Notes under the pieces: generated by a model
What the model saw: the letters and a program-made list of their open reading frames with translations, nothing else
What the model was told of the DNA's origin: nothing
Database searches by the model: none
From: Gemmatimonadota bacterium
GTDB taxonomy: Bacteria > Gemmatimonadota > Gemmatimonadetes > Palauibacterales > KS3-K002
NCBI GenBank assembly: GCA_039586795.1
Contig: JBDHJS010000027.1
Coordinates: 20,372 to 84,371 of the forward strand
Length of the DNA: 64,000 nt
Direction of reading: 5' to 3'
Shown here: positions 40,776 to 50,002 of the stretch, piece by piece
Layout of the letters: every line of letters starts with the position of its first letter
Numbering within the stretch: position 1 is the first letter of the stretch
Program-made: the position numbers and the translations under genes

Positions 40776-42854
40776 ATGTCCTCAGTGAAGCGCCTCATCG
40801 CCGAGATCCATCGACGATCCATCTGGCAGGTGCTCCTCGTCTACGTCGGTGCCGCCTGGGCTTGCTTCGAGCTCATCGATGCGGTAGCCGAGCGGTTGGC
40901 GCTTCCGGCCTGGCTGCCCGGCCTTGCGATCATTCTGTTCCTGCTGGGCCTGCCTTTCGTCATCGCCACGGCGTTCGTGCGCGAGGGCGCGGGCTCCCCG
41001 CTCTCAACTGGCGAGTTCGAGGCGCTGCCCGCTGAAGCGAAGGCCGACGAGTTGCAGAGGGTTGCCGCGGTACGTCGTCGTCGTCGGATCCTGACGTGGC
41101 GTAATGCTGCTGCGACAGTGGTCGTGGTACTCGCTGCTTGGGGCGTGCTTGCTGCCGGTTGGCTGGTGTTTGCCCCGCAGCGTTTCGACGTGGCGGATAG
41201 CACAATCGATACACGCCCGTCGGTAGCGGCGCTTCCTTTCCTCAACCTGAGCGGCCTCGAGGAGGACGCGTACTTCACGAACAGTATCCACGGGGAGATC
41301 CTCACACGTCTTCAGAAGATCGGTGGCCTGAAAGTCCTCTCGCGCACGTCGGTGATGGGGTATCAGGATAGCCTGAAGAACATTCGGGAGATCGGCGAGG
41401 AGCTGAATGCCAGGTACATCCTGGAGGGAGAGATCCTGCGCGCCGCTCAAGAGGTGCGGGTCAACGTCCAGCTCATCGACGCGCAGACGGATGAGCACGT
41501 TTGGGCGGAGATCTACGATCGCCAACTTTCGGTCGACAACCTGTTGCGCGTACAGAGCGATATCGCGCAGAAAATCGCGCTGGCGCTGAGCACCGAGTTG
41601 ACGCCGGAGGAGCTGGAACGGATCGAGGCCAGACCGACCGAGAACCTGGACGCCTATCAGGCCTACCTCCGCGGTCGGTATTACCAGGATCAGCCGCACT
41701 TCACGGCCGATGACGCGAACCGGGCGCTGCGGGAGTTCGAGCGCGCTGCAGAACTCGACCCCAACTTCGCGCTGGCTCAGGCGGAACTCGCCAATGCTCA
41801 CGCCCGGCAAGTTTTCTTCTGGGTGGATGCCTCGGAAGCGCGACGCCAGCTGGCGACCGAGTGGGGCAACAAAGCGTTCGGCGGAGATCATGCCTCTCCC
41901 GAGGTTAGCCTGGCTGCTGGCCTTTACCATCTGCTGTTGTACAGAGATACCGAGCGAGCGATGGAAGAGATCGCCATCGCCGAGCGGGGATTGCCCGATA
42001 GCAAGGAGATCTTTGAGGCGCGGTCATTCGTGTTTGAAACTCAGGGCAGATTGGAGGACGCGATCGAGCAGAACCTGAAGGCTCTGAAAGTCAGCCCGAT
42101 GGACGCCTCGATCTACACGGCCCTCTCGTTTGAGTACTGGTCGGTCCGGCGGTTCGAAGATGCCGAAGCCATGGCCGATCAGGCAATCGGCTTGGCGCCA
42201 ACGGCAATGTGGCCGAACTTGGGGAAGGTCTTCGCGATCTGGAGTGACAGAGGAGCCAGCGCCGAGACCGACGAGATCTTGGAACGGCTGTCCTACGAGG
42301 CACCCTGGGTCAAATGGTCGCGCTACTGGCAGCGGATGTTCGAGGACCGCTACGACGATGCGCTCGAGCTGGTGGCGGAACCCTATTTCGAGTGGGTTAG
42401 CATGAAGATCGCAGCACGGCCACGTGCGTTGCTTGCCGCCTGGGCCGCGAGCGCCGCGGGAGAGAAAGAGGAGGCGGATCGGCTTTTCGAGGAGGCGCGA
42501 CAGGTGTTGGAACGTGCGATACTAGAACATCCGAACGATCCTCGGTACCACGGTTCTCTCGGCATCGCGTATGCGGCGCTCGGTCGGAACGAGGCTGCGC
42601 TTCGCGAGGGCGAGACCGCGGTGGCGCTCCTGCCGGTGTCCAGTGACGCGGTCTACGGCATCCCCTACCTGGCCGACCTGGCCCTCATATACGTGTTGAT
42701 CGGCGATGAAGACGCGGCGCTCAGAGAATTAGACAATCTGCTCAACATCCCGTCCTGGATCTCCACGAATTGGCTCAAGATGGACCCCCGATTTGACTCT
42801 CTGAACGACAACACGCGCTATCGGGCGCTGCTGGAGAGACACTCGAGGAGCTGA
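40776..42854 (+). CDS. Membrane-anchored TolB-N-like/TPR protein
   Basis: EIHRRSIWQ-x3-VY-x3-AW module; SVAALPFLNLS, LKVLSRTSV, VRVNVQLIDA, PTENLDAYQAYLRG; TPRs; terminal DPRFDSL. Confidence 0.88.
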   Translation: MSSVKRLIAEIHRRSIWQVLLVYVGAAWACFELIDAVAERLALPAWLPGLAIILFLLGLPFVIATAFVREGAGSPLSTGEFEALPAEAKADELQRVAAVRRRRRILTWRNAAATVVVVLAAWGVLAAGWLVFAPQRFDVADSTIDTRPSVAALPFLNLSGLEEDAYFTNSIHGEILTRLQKIGGLKVLSRTSVMGYQDSLKNIREIGEELNARYILEGEILRAAQEVRVNVQLIDAQTDEHVWAEIYDRQLSVDNLLRVQSDIAQKIALALSTELTPEELERIEARPTENLDAYQAYLRGRYYQDQPHFTADDANRALREFERAAELDPNFALAQAELANAHARQVFFWVDASEARRQLATEWGNKAFGGDHASPEVSLAAGLYHLLLYRDTERAMEEIAIAERGLPDSKEIFEARSFVFETQGRLEDAIEQNLKALKVSPMDASIYTALSFEYWSVRRFEDAEAMADQAIGLAPTAMWPNLGKVFAIWSDRGASAETDEILERLSYEAPWVKWSRYWQRMFEDRYDDALELVAEPYFEWVSMKIAARPRALLAAWAASAAGEKEEADRLFEEARQVLERAILEHPNDPRYHGSLGIAYAALGRNEAALREGETAVALLPVSSDAVYGIPYLADLALIYVLIGDEDAALRELDNLLNIPSWISTNWLKMDPRFDSLNDNTRYRALLERHSRS

Positions 42855-43030
42855 CGTCAGGCAGTGCCGCCGTCCGCTGGTCATTGCCCCGTTCCGGGCG
42901 ATGCGACATGTTGCTCGTGGCAGACTTAGCCCTCCGTGCGACCCGCCCCACCATCGATTCGACTCCATCGACATGCCACCCACGTTGTTGCTGACGCTTT
43001 AGGTGAGGTGGCCTAACGGAGTGTGGAACG

Positions 43031-44203
43031 ATGAAGTATGGGGAGCCTGTCACGCAGAAGTTAATAGCGAGTCTTGTTATTGTGTTTGTCGCTGGCGCTA
43101 CCGTCTCCGGCTGCGGCAACGACATCAGCGAAAGCGATAGCAACGACGAAGAGTGCTGCCCTTGGTGCACAGGCCCCGATGGCGGCGTCATAGAGATCGA
43201 CAATCCGGACAGTTTCGCCTTCGGCGCCAAGATCGAGGTTCCGCCCGGTGCGTGGGATCACTGCAGGGCGTTGCAGGTTGAAGACATTTACTCTTACACG
43301 CCTCCGTTCCCAGCTGGCTTCTATGCGTATCGCGGATACCGAACGAGTTTCGATGTGTTCGCCGGCGGTGACGTTCCCGACTCGCTGTACATGGAGATAA
43401 CGTTCCCCATCGCCGATGTAACTCCGTTGGACTCCACCGAGATCGCCGCCGCTTTCTACTACGACGAAGTTGCGGAGACCTGGCGTATCGTCCTGCCGGA
43501 CGAGATCGACGACCAGGAGATGCTGGTCAAGTCGCATCTCTACCGGAAGAAGTGGTCGTGGGGGTTCGTCTCGATCCTCGAGGCGGACTTCCAAGAGTCG
43601 CTTGCGCCTCTGCTGGAGGACCTGCACGGACAGCAGCAGTGGAGCCAGCTGGTCAGCGAATTGGATAGCATATACAACGCGCTGACCCAGGAGGACCTGG
43701 ATCTTAGCTGTGCGAGTCTGGATTTCGTAGAGGGGTTTTTCGAAGCGCTGAAATCAGAGGCGCGTGCCGCGTTGCAGGCACACCAGGCGAGCATAGGCAA
43801 TAGCTGCGGCACATGTGACATACTGACGTCCGAATTCCACGCTGGATTCGCCAAGTTCATCGAGTTGAACATCCAGTACTTTTTCCTGGAGCTGATGTTC
43901 GTGGAAACGGGTCCGAACTTGCTGATTATGGCCTACGGCATCAATCGGCTGTGTGAGATCCAGGTAGAAATCGACAATCTGGCCTGTGACTATAAGTGCT
44001 ACTTCAGCAATGCCACGTCGGACTTCTGGGGGAATCTGGCGGCGTACTACATATCATCAGCGGTTCTATTCGCCATCGATTACGCTAAGACATCGGGCTA
44101 TGTCTCCTGTGGTCCAGCAAGCGGTGAGATTACTATGTCGTCCGCAGCGCTCTGCCCAGCGCGAACGGATCTTCTCCTTCCAGTCCGCGTAGCCTCTGAG
44201 TGA
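43031..44203 (+). CDS. Cys-rich hypothetical lipoprotein, possible ZU5-like N-domain
   Basis: VSGC lipobox; GPDGGVI...IEVPPGA; many Cys; 3' end overlaps xylB convergently. Confidence 0.7.
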   Translation: MKYGEPVTQKLIASLVIVFVAGATVSGCGNDISESDSNDEECCPWCTGPDGGVIEIDNPDSFAFGAKIEVPPGAWDHCRALQVEDIYSYTPPFPAGFYAYRGYRTSFDVFAGGDVPDSLYMEITFPIADVTPLDSTEIAAAFYYDEVAETWRIVLPDEIDDQEMLVKSHLYRKKWSWGFVSILEADFQESLAPLLEDLHGQQQWSQLVSELDSIYNALTQEDLDLSCASLDFVEGFFEALKSEARAALQAHQASIGNSCGTCDILTSEFHAGFAKFIELNIQYFFLELMFVETGPNLLIMAYGINRLCEIQVEIDNLACDYKCYFSNATSDFWGNLAAYYISSAVLFAIDYAKTSGYVSCGPASGEITMSSAALCPARTDLLLPVRVASE

Positions 44204-45710
44204 TGGCGCGGTAGAGGCGCTTGAACACGGCGTAGGTCGATCGTTGCGCCGGGTCGGGTCGGGCCCGGCGCGACTCGTCGAGGACGACGAACGGGTCGGC
44301 GACCTCGCCCATGGACCGTGGCTCGCCGTTCTCTTTGTACCACACCCAGGCCGCATGGATCGCCGCGCCCAGCGCCGCGCCCTCGCCTTCCACCGGAACC
44401 GTCTCCGCGTCGAAGACGTCGGCTATCGTCTGACACCAACTCGGTGAGCTGGAGAGACCGCCGGTTAGGCGGATCTCCTTTGGGGTCACCGGCATTTGTG
44501 TGAATCCCTCGTACAGGTTGAGCACGTGCCCTTCTACCACCGCACGACACAGCTTTTCCGGCACGAAGTCGGACAAGGAGAAGCCGAAGTACAGCGGTGC
44601 CGCGAGCGGAAGGTCGGGCGTTCGCTCGCCCTCGTACCAGGGGACCAGCAGTCGCCCCTCGTTGCCTGGGGGCATGTTTCTTACGATCTCGTCGAACGCG
44701 TCGTGCGTCAGTTCGAAGCGCTCGAGTATCGCGTTGTAGCCGTTCGACATGTTCGACACACAGAGCAGGGGAAGGTACTTACCCGTGCTGTCGCAATAGG
44801 CCGCGATCTCGCCCGTGGGGTCGATGAACGGTTCCTCCAACACCGTGCAGGCGGTGCCGCTGGTTCCCAGGCTCACCGTGACAATTCCCGGCTCGAAGTT
44901 TCCCGTCCCCACGGCGCCGTACATGTTGTCGCCGCTCCCTGCATCGATGCGGCATTCCGGTGAGAGGCTGAAGCGAGCGGCTAGATCGGCGCCGATGTTG
45001 CCGATCGTTCGATCAGCTGGCTCTACGGGCGGCAGTTTCTCCGAAAGCCCGGGATCGATGGCGTCGATCACCCTCTTCGACCAGCGTTGTTTACCCGGGT
45101 GCCACAACGCCATGCCGGATGTGTCTCCGGGCTCCATGGCCGCGACGCCACCATCCGCACCGCCGGTGAGGTACCAATTGACGTAGTTATGGACGACGAA
45201 CAGCGTGCTGGCGCGGGCGTAGACCTCGGGCTCGTGGAGAAGCAGATGCAGGATCTTCGGAGCGGTGTATCCGGTGCGCTGTGTGTTGCCCACCTCCTCG
45301 ATCATCGCCGCCGGGCCACCCACAGCCTCTGTTAGGATCTGGCATTCCTCTTCGGTTGAGAAGTCGTTCCACAACTTGCTCCGCGGGCGGGCAAGCTGGC
45401 CGTCGGCGGTCAGCGCGACGAGTCCATGCTGTTGACCCGAGACCGAGATGCAGCGGATACGCTCGCCATCGATGTCGGAAGCGGCTAGCCGATCCAGGAT
45501 CCTCTCCACCGCTTCGATCCACATATTCGGGTCGGATTCCGATGCGCCGTGGCCAAGGCCAGTGACCGCGCCTTCGTCGGTTCCGTACTGGGGGAGGTCG
45601 CTGTCGTAGACGATGCGGTCGATGAACACGACCGCGCCGGCATCCGGATCGATGACGACGAGTTTGGTGCTCTGGGTGGAGACGTCGAAACCGGCAAACA
45701 ATGGTGTCAT
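44133..45710 (-). CDS. xylB: Xylulokinase / FGGY carbohydrate kinase
   Basis: GFDVSTQSTK, SGQQHG, LWND, GSGDN, SLGTSGT, GERTP, TGG; likely start MTPLF at 45710. Confidence 0.85.
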   Translation of the reverse strand: MTPLFAGFDVSTQSTKLVVIDPDAGAVVFIDRIVYDSDLPQYGTDEGAVTGLGHGASESDPNMWIEAVERILDRLAASDIDGERIRCISVSGQQHGLVALTADGQLARPRSKLWNDFSTEEECQILTEAVGGPAAMIEEVGNTQRTGYTAPKILHLLLHEPEVYARASTLFVVHNYVNWYLTGGADGGVAAMEPGDTSGMALWHPGKQRWSKRVIDAIDPGLSEKLPPVEPADRTIGNIGADLAARFSLSPECRIDAGSGDNMYGAVGTGNFEPGIVTVSLGTSGTACTVLEEPFIDPTGEIAAYCDSTGKYLPLLCVSNMSNGYNAILERFELTHDAFDEIVRNMPPGNEGRLLVPWYEGERTPDLPLAAPLYFGFSLSDFVPEKLCRAVVEGHVLNLYEGFTQMPVTPKEIRLTGGLSSSPSWCQTIADVFDAETVPVEGEGAALGAAIHAAWVWYKENGEPRSMGEVADPFVVLDESRRARPDPAQRSTYAVFKRLYRAITQRLRGLEGEDPFALGRALRTT

Positions 45711-45721
45711 GCGTTTGGTCT

Positions 45722-46828
45722 TCACAGATTCTCGATCAGGATCGCTTCCAGTTCGCCCCGGTGCCTGGCTGGATCCAGATGGCACTCCAGGATACGCTCA
45801 TGGGGAAGCTGCGCCACTCGTTCCTTGATCCGTTTCAAAGCCCGGATGTTCAGTTCCACCGCCTTCTGGACCGGCATGTTCTCCGGGTTGATGTCGATGC
45901 CGTACCATCCCTGGTAGCCGATGGCCCACAAGGTATAGAGCAGGGCCTCTGCTTCGTGAGGGTTCACCGCCGCCACGTTGTTGTCCTGATCGTAATTGCC
46001 GTCCGGTTGGCTGTTCCAATGAGTGTGCGCCAGGCGGCCTTCCATCGCGACGAGCGAGAACGCGGCCGGCAGCATCTCGAAGCCCATCTTCACGTGGCCG
46101 GTTTCCGGGTTGAGTCCCACCAACGTGTGACCTTCATCCAGCAAACGGCGGTTCTCGGGGTTCGACAGTCGCCTCTCGATGCGTTGCGCGGCGAGGATGC
46201 CCTCTGCGGTTGTGCGATAGATATTGTTGGCGGCGGGCTCATACGGCTTCGGCTCGATGGCGACGCGTACCCCTGGCACTTCATCCATCGCCTCCGCCAT
46301 CGTGCTCTCGAATCGGTCCCACATGCTCATGTAGGGCGTGCCGTGCAGATAACGGTAGCCATCCATGCCGGGCCACGAGATTGCCAGATCGGCTCCTAGA
46401 TCGCGGATCAATCTCAGGCCGCCAACGGCGATCTCCTTCGCGCGCTCCCGGACCGCGGCATCCGGGTTCGACAGGCTGCCGAACTCGAAGCGACGGTCGA
46501 AGAAATGAGAGAAGGGGACCGCGACCAGGCGAATGCTAGACTGTTCCTGCAGTCGCTGGTAGAGATGGGCGTTTTCCTCGTTCACCTCGTCCGGGTAGTG
46601 CGCCTCGATGCCCGTCACGCCTAGCTCGGCCATCTCCGCCGCCATCTCGAGGCGTTCTTCCAGGGTCGCCTCTGGTACGAAACGATCGTGGAATCGACCG
46701 CCGGCCGGTGTGAAGTACCAGATCCCCACCGAGAACCGCAGCTCCAGGTCCTTCTTCAAGTTCGCGAGCATGCGGTCCGGGTCGCGAGCCAACGGTTGAT
46801 CCCGCAGATCCACCAGTTCGTAGGCCAT
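45722..46828 (-). CDS. xylA: Xylose isomerase-like TIM-barrel sugar isomerase
   Basis: WPGMDG, EPKPYEP, NPETGH, DQD metal-binding motifs; adjacent to the FGGY kinase; substrate not certain. Confidence 0.7.
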   Translation of the reverse strand: MAYELVDLRDQPLARDPDRMLANLKKDLELRFSVGIWYFTPAGGRFHDRFVPEATLEERLEMAAEMAELGVTGIEAHYPDEVNEENAHLYQRLQEQSSIRLVAVPFSHFFDRRFEFGSLSNPDAAVRERAKEIAVGGLRLIRDLGADLAISWPGMDGYRYLHGTPYMSMWDRFESTMAEAMDEVPGVRVAIEPKPYEPAANNIYRTTAEGILAAQRIERRLSNPENRRLLDEGHTLVGLNPETGHVKMGFEMLPAAFSLVAMEGRLAHTHWNSQPDGNYDQDNNVAAVNPHEAEALLYTLWAIGYQGWYGIDINPENMPVQKAVELNIRALKRIKERVAQLPHERILECHLDPARHRGELEAILIENL

Positions 46829-46977
46829 GGCCGTGTCTCCCAATTCCGTCCGCCAACGCGTGATGTTTGCTCAAGCTATGCCACAAGCTAAACCCCTGTC
46901 GTGAACCGACGAAAGGCATCAAGTTGCCGCGTGGCGCAGCCCAAACCGCCCACCACGCCTGCCGTTGAGGAGGGACG

Positions 46978-48603
46978 ATGGACACGTTCGGGACGCTGGA
47001 CTGGCTGGTCGTGTGCGCCTACTTCGCCGTCCTGTTCGGGGTCGCCCTTTGGGTGATCCGCCAGCGACAGAACACCCCCACCGACTATTTCCTCGCCGGC
47101 CGCCACGTCGGCTGGTTCGTCGTCGGTGCCTCGATCTTCGCCTCCAACATCGGGTCCGAGCACATCGTCGGGCTGGCCGGCACCGGCGCCAAGACGGGCG
47201 TCGTCATGGGGCTCTACGAGCTTCACTCGTGGCTGATCCTGCTGCTCGGCTGGGTCTTCGTCCCGTTCTACCTGCGCAGCCGCGTCTTCACCATGCCCGA
47301 GTTCCTGGAGAAGCGCTACTCGCCGTCCGCCCGCTGGTTCTTGTCCCTCGTCATGCTGGTCGGCTATGTGCTCACCAAGGTCTCGGTGACGGTCTACGCA
47401 GGCGCCGTCGTCTTCCAGGTCCTGATGGGCGTCGATTTCTGGACCGGCGCACTGGTGATCGTCATTCTGACGGGGATCTACACGGTGGTCGGTGGGCTGC
47501 GGGCCGTCGTCTATACCGAGGCGGTGCAGACGATCGTACTCATCGCCGGCTCGGCTATCGTGACGTTCCTGGGACTGCGGGCGATCGGCGGCTGGGAAAA
47601 CCTGGTAGCCACCGCGGGCAGCGATCATCTCAACCTGTTCCAGCCGGCAGACCATCCCGAGTTCCCGTGGCCGGGCATGGTGATCGCGCCTCCCATCGTT
47701 GGGCTGTGGTATTGGTGCACGGATCAATACATCGTTCAGCGCGTGCTTGCGGCTAACGGAGAGGCCGAGGCGCGACGCGGGACGATCTGGGCCGCGTACC
47801 TGAAGCTGCTTCCATTCTTCATCTTCCTCATCCCCGGCGTCATCGCCTTCGCACTTGCCCGCACGGGACAGCTCGACCTGCCGGCCGCCGACCAGGCGTT
47901 CCCGGTCATGGTCAAAACGCTACTGCCGGTCGGCCTTCGGGGGTTGGTCGCGGCAGGATTGCTGGCGGCGCTGATGAGCTCGCTGGCCGCGGTATTCAAT
48001 TCGTGCTCGACGCTGTTCACGATGGACATATATAGGAAGCTGCGACCCAGCTCGTCCGAGCAGTCGCTGGTCACCGTGGGTCGGATCGCGACGGGCGTTG
48101 TGGTCGTTTCCGGGATCCTCTGGATCCCCTTGATGGAGAACATCTCCGGCGAGCTGTATCACTACCTGCAGAGCGTACAGGCTTATATCGCTCCGCCCAT
48201 CGCGGCGGTCTTCTTCCTAGGGCTGTTCTGGAGACGGCTCAACGCGGCCGGCGCGATGAGCGCCATGGTCGGTGGCTTCGTTCTAGGAATGCTGCGCCTG
48301 GTCGCTGAACTCAACAAGGAGTCGCTGAGCGGAGCGCTCTACTGGTTTGCCGACGTGAACTTCCTCTACTTCGCCATCCTGCTGCTGGTGGTCTGCGTCG
48401 CGCTGCTCGTCGTCGTGAGCATGTTCACCCCGGCACCTCAGATCGAGCGGATCCGCGGCCTCACCTACGCGACGACCGTGGCGGAAGACAAGGCGGCATC
48501 ACGCGCCAGCTGGAACGCCCGCGACGTCGCGCTTTCGATACTCGTGCTTGTCTTCCTGGCGGGGATATTGGTCTACTTCTCGCCGCTGTTCGTTGGCGGG
48601 TGA
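46978..48603 (+). CDS. Sodium:solute symporter (SGLT-like)
   Basis: YFLAGR, ASNIGSEH, GGLRAVVYTE, WYWCTDQYIVQR, AALMSSL. Confidence 0.93.
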   Translation: MDTFGTLDWLVVCAYFAVLFGVALWVIRQRQNTPTDYFLAGRHVGWFVVGASIFASNIGSEHIVGLAGTGAKTGVVMGLYELHSWLILLLGWVFVPFYLRSRVFTMPEFLEKRYSPSARWFLSLVMLVGYVLTKVSVTVYAGAVVFQVLMGVDFWTGALVIVILTGIYTVVGGLRAVVYTEAVQTIVLIAGSAIVTFLGLRAIGGWENLVATAGSDHLNLFQPADHPEFPWPGMVIAPPIVGLWYWCTDQYIVQRVLAANGEAEARRGTIWAAYLKLLPFFIFLIPGVIAFALARTGQLDLPAADQAFPVMVKTLLPVGLRGLVAAGLLAALMSSLAAVFNSCSTLFTMDIYRKLRPSSSEQSLVTVGRIATGVVVVSGILWIPLMENISGELYHYLQSVQAYIAPPIAAVFFLGLFWRRLNAAGAMSAMVGGFVLGMLRLVAELNKESLSGALYWFADVNFLYFAILLLVVCVALLVVVSMFTPAPQIERIRGLTYATTVAEDKAASRASWNARDVALSILVLVFLAGILVYFSPLFVGG

Positions 48604-48609
48604 TCTGTT

Positions 48610-49680
48610 TCAGGCCGCGGCTCTGTACGCGGCGAGCTGCTCCTCGTCGAACTTCTTCAACCGGCGTTTGATCAGCGCGACGACCTCGTCTTCGGGCAGC
48701 GGATTGTCTGGATCGAGGTTGACGAAGAACCTGGCCAGCGTCTTGTGGCGTTTGAACATCAGCAGCAGGTAGATCATGAAGTAGTCGATCTTCCGGAACA
48801 CGAGCGACCGCTCACGAATCATCTCTTCTCTCTTGTCCAGAAAATCGGCGGGCATGTCCAGCCAATGGCGGTTCGGCTTCAGGTGATGGCCGAGGTGATA
48901 GCCGTCATTGAAACAGCGCTTGTTGTAGGGGCTGTTGATGAAAGTGATCACGGTGCGGTAATCGTTGGTCGAGTCTTCGGGGTCGACGAAAGCATGTTGC
49001 GCCCAGTTGCCCGCCATAAGCAGAAGCCGTGTTGCCAACATCGGCACCACAAACACAACCAATCCCGCTCGCCAATTCCATATCAGCGCGGCTATGGCAA
49101 GTCCGAAGAAAGACATCTCACCGAGCACCAGCAGCCGAGCGAGCCGGTGCCGCTTGCGATTCCTCATATACGTGTACAGATCAAAATCGCCGAACAGCAG
49201 GAAGCGCCCGGCGTACTTGCACCAGTCTATAAAACTGTCACGCTGGTACTTCATCGTCGAACTGAGGTCGTTCGGCAGGTTCCCCTCGGCATGGTGCATC
49301 CCGATATGATGTACGAAGTAGCTCTCGGGCGACTGCCCGAGAAAGATTCCGAGCGCCCAGGGGATGTATTTGTTCAGCAAGTTGTATTGCCGCTTGAATA
49401 GCGCATTGTGACACACGTTGTGCAGCATCAGGATGAACGGACCGAGGAATATGATGTAGAGTCCCCAGTAGATGGGTGCCATCCACCAGCGGAAATTGCC
49501 GGGAATGAACATGTAGATCGCTGACCCGGCGAAGACCACCGTCAGGAAGAGCGTCAGTCGGATGAACGGCATGTCCCGCTCGTCGCGCATCAACGGTGCG
49601 AAGAGCTTCCCTAAGAGCCCTAGCTTCCTCTGCGACTCCGGGGTGGGATCGGTGATCGTGATGACGCCGTCGCTAACCAC
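48610..49680 (-). CDS. Membrane fatty acid desaturase family protein
   Basis: His boxes HNVCH, HHIGMHH, HLGHH; TM helices; likely GTG start at 49680 with AGGAG RBS. Confidence 0.85.
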   Translation of the reverse strand: MVSDGVITITDPTPESQRKLGLLGKLFAPLMRDERDMPFIRLTLFLTVVFAGSAIYMFIPGNFRWWMAPIYWGLYIIFLGPFILMLHNVCHNALFKRQYNLLNKYIPWALGIFLGQSPESYFVHHIGMHHAEGNLPNDLSSTMKYQRDSFIDWCKYAGRFLLFGDFDLYTYMRNRKRHRLARLLVLGEMSFFGLAIAALIWNWRAGLVVFVVPMLATRLLLMAGNWAQHAFVDPEDSTNDYRTVITFINSPYNKRCFNDGYHLGHHLKPNRHWLDMPADFLDKREEMIRERSLVFRKIDYFMIYLLLMFKRHKTLARFFVNLDPDNPLPEDEVVALIKRRLKKFDEEQLAAYRAAA

Positions 49681-49852
49681 GGTGAACTCCTGGCTAGGTG
49701 TAGAGATCCAAGCCCCAGCAGGTGAGCGAGTGTTGGTAACATAGCTGCGGGGCTTGGGAATGTTCAAGTCAGAATCTGAGATTAGGGAATAGGATCGGGA
49801 CAGCCATCGACCGGCGGCCAAGTCGTATCGGCGCTGCGTGCCTCCAGCGACC

Positions 49853-49987
49853 GACGCCCGACGGACATCGAGCGTCGGACGTCGATCGCCGAATTATCCT
49901 TGGCCGTCGAGCGCCGGCTGTCCGCTGTCGGCTGTTCAGATAGTGCAGTTACTTCGACCGTCGAGCATCGAACGTCGCGCGTCGACC
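49853..49987. repeat. Degenerate 7-bp tandem array containing copy 1 of a 70-bp direct repeat (49881-49950)
   Basis: Units such as gacggac/atcgagc/gtcggac/gtcgatc and gtcgagc/gccggct/gtccgct/gtcggct. Confidence 0.85.
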
Positions 49988-50002
49988 GTAAAAAAATAGA
50001 GA

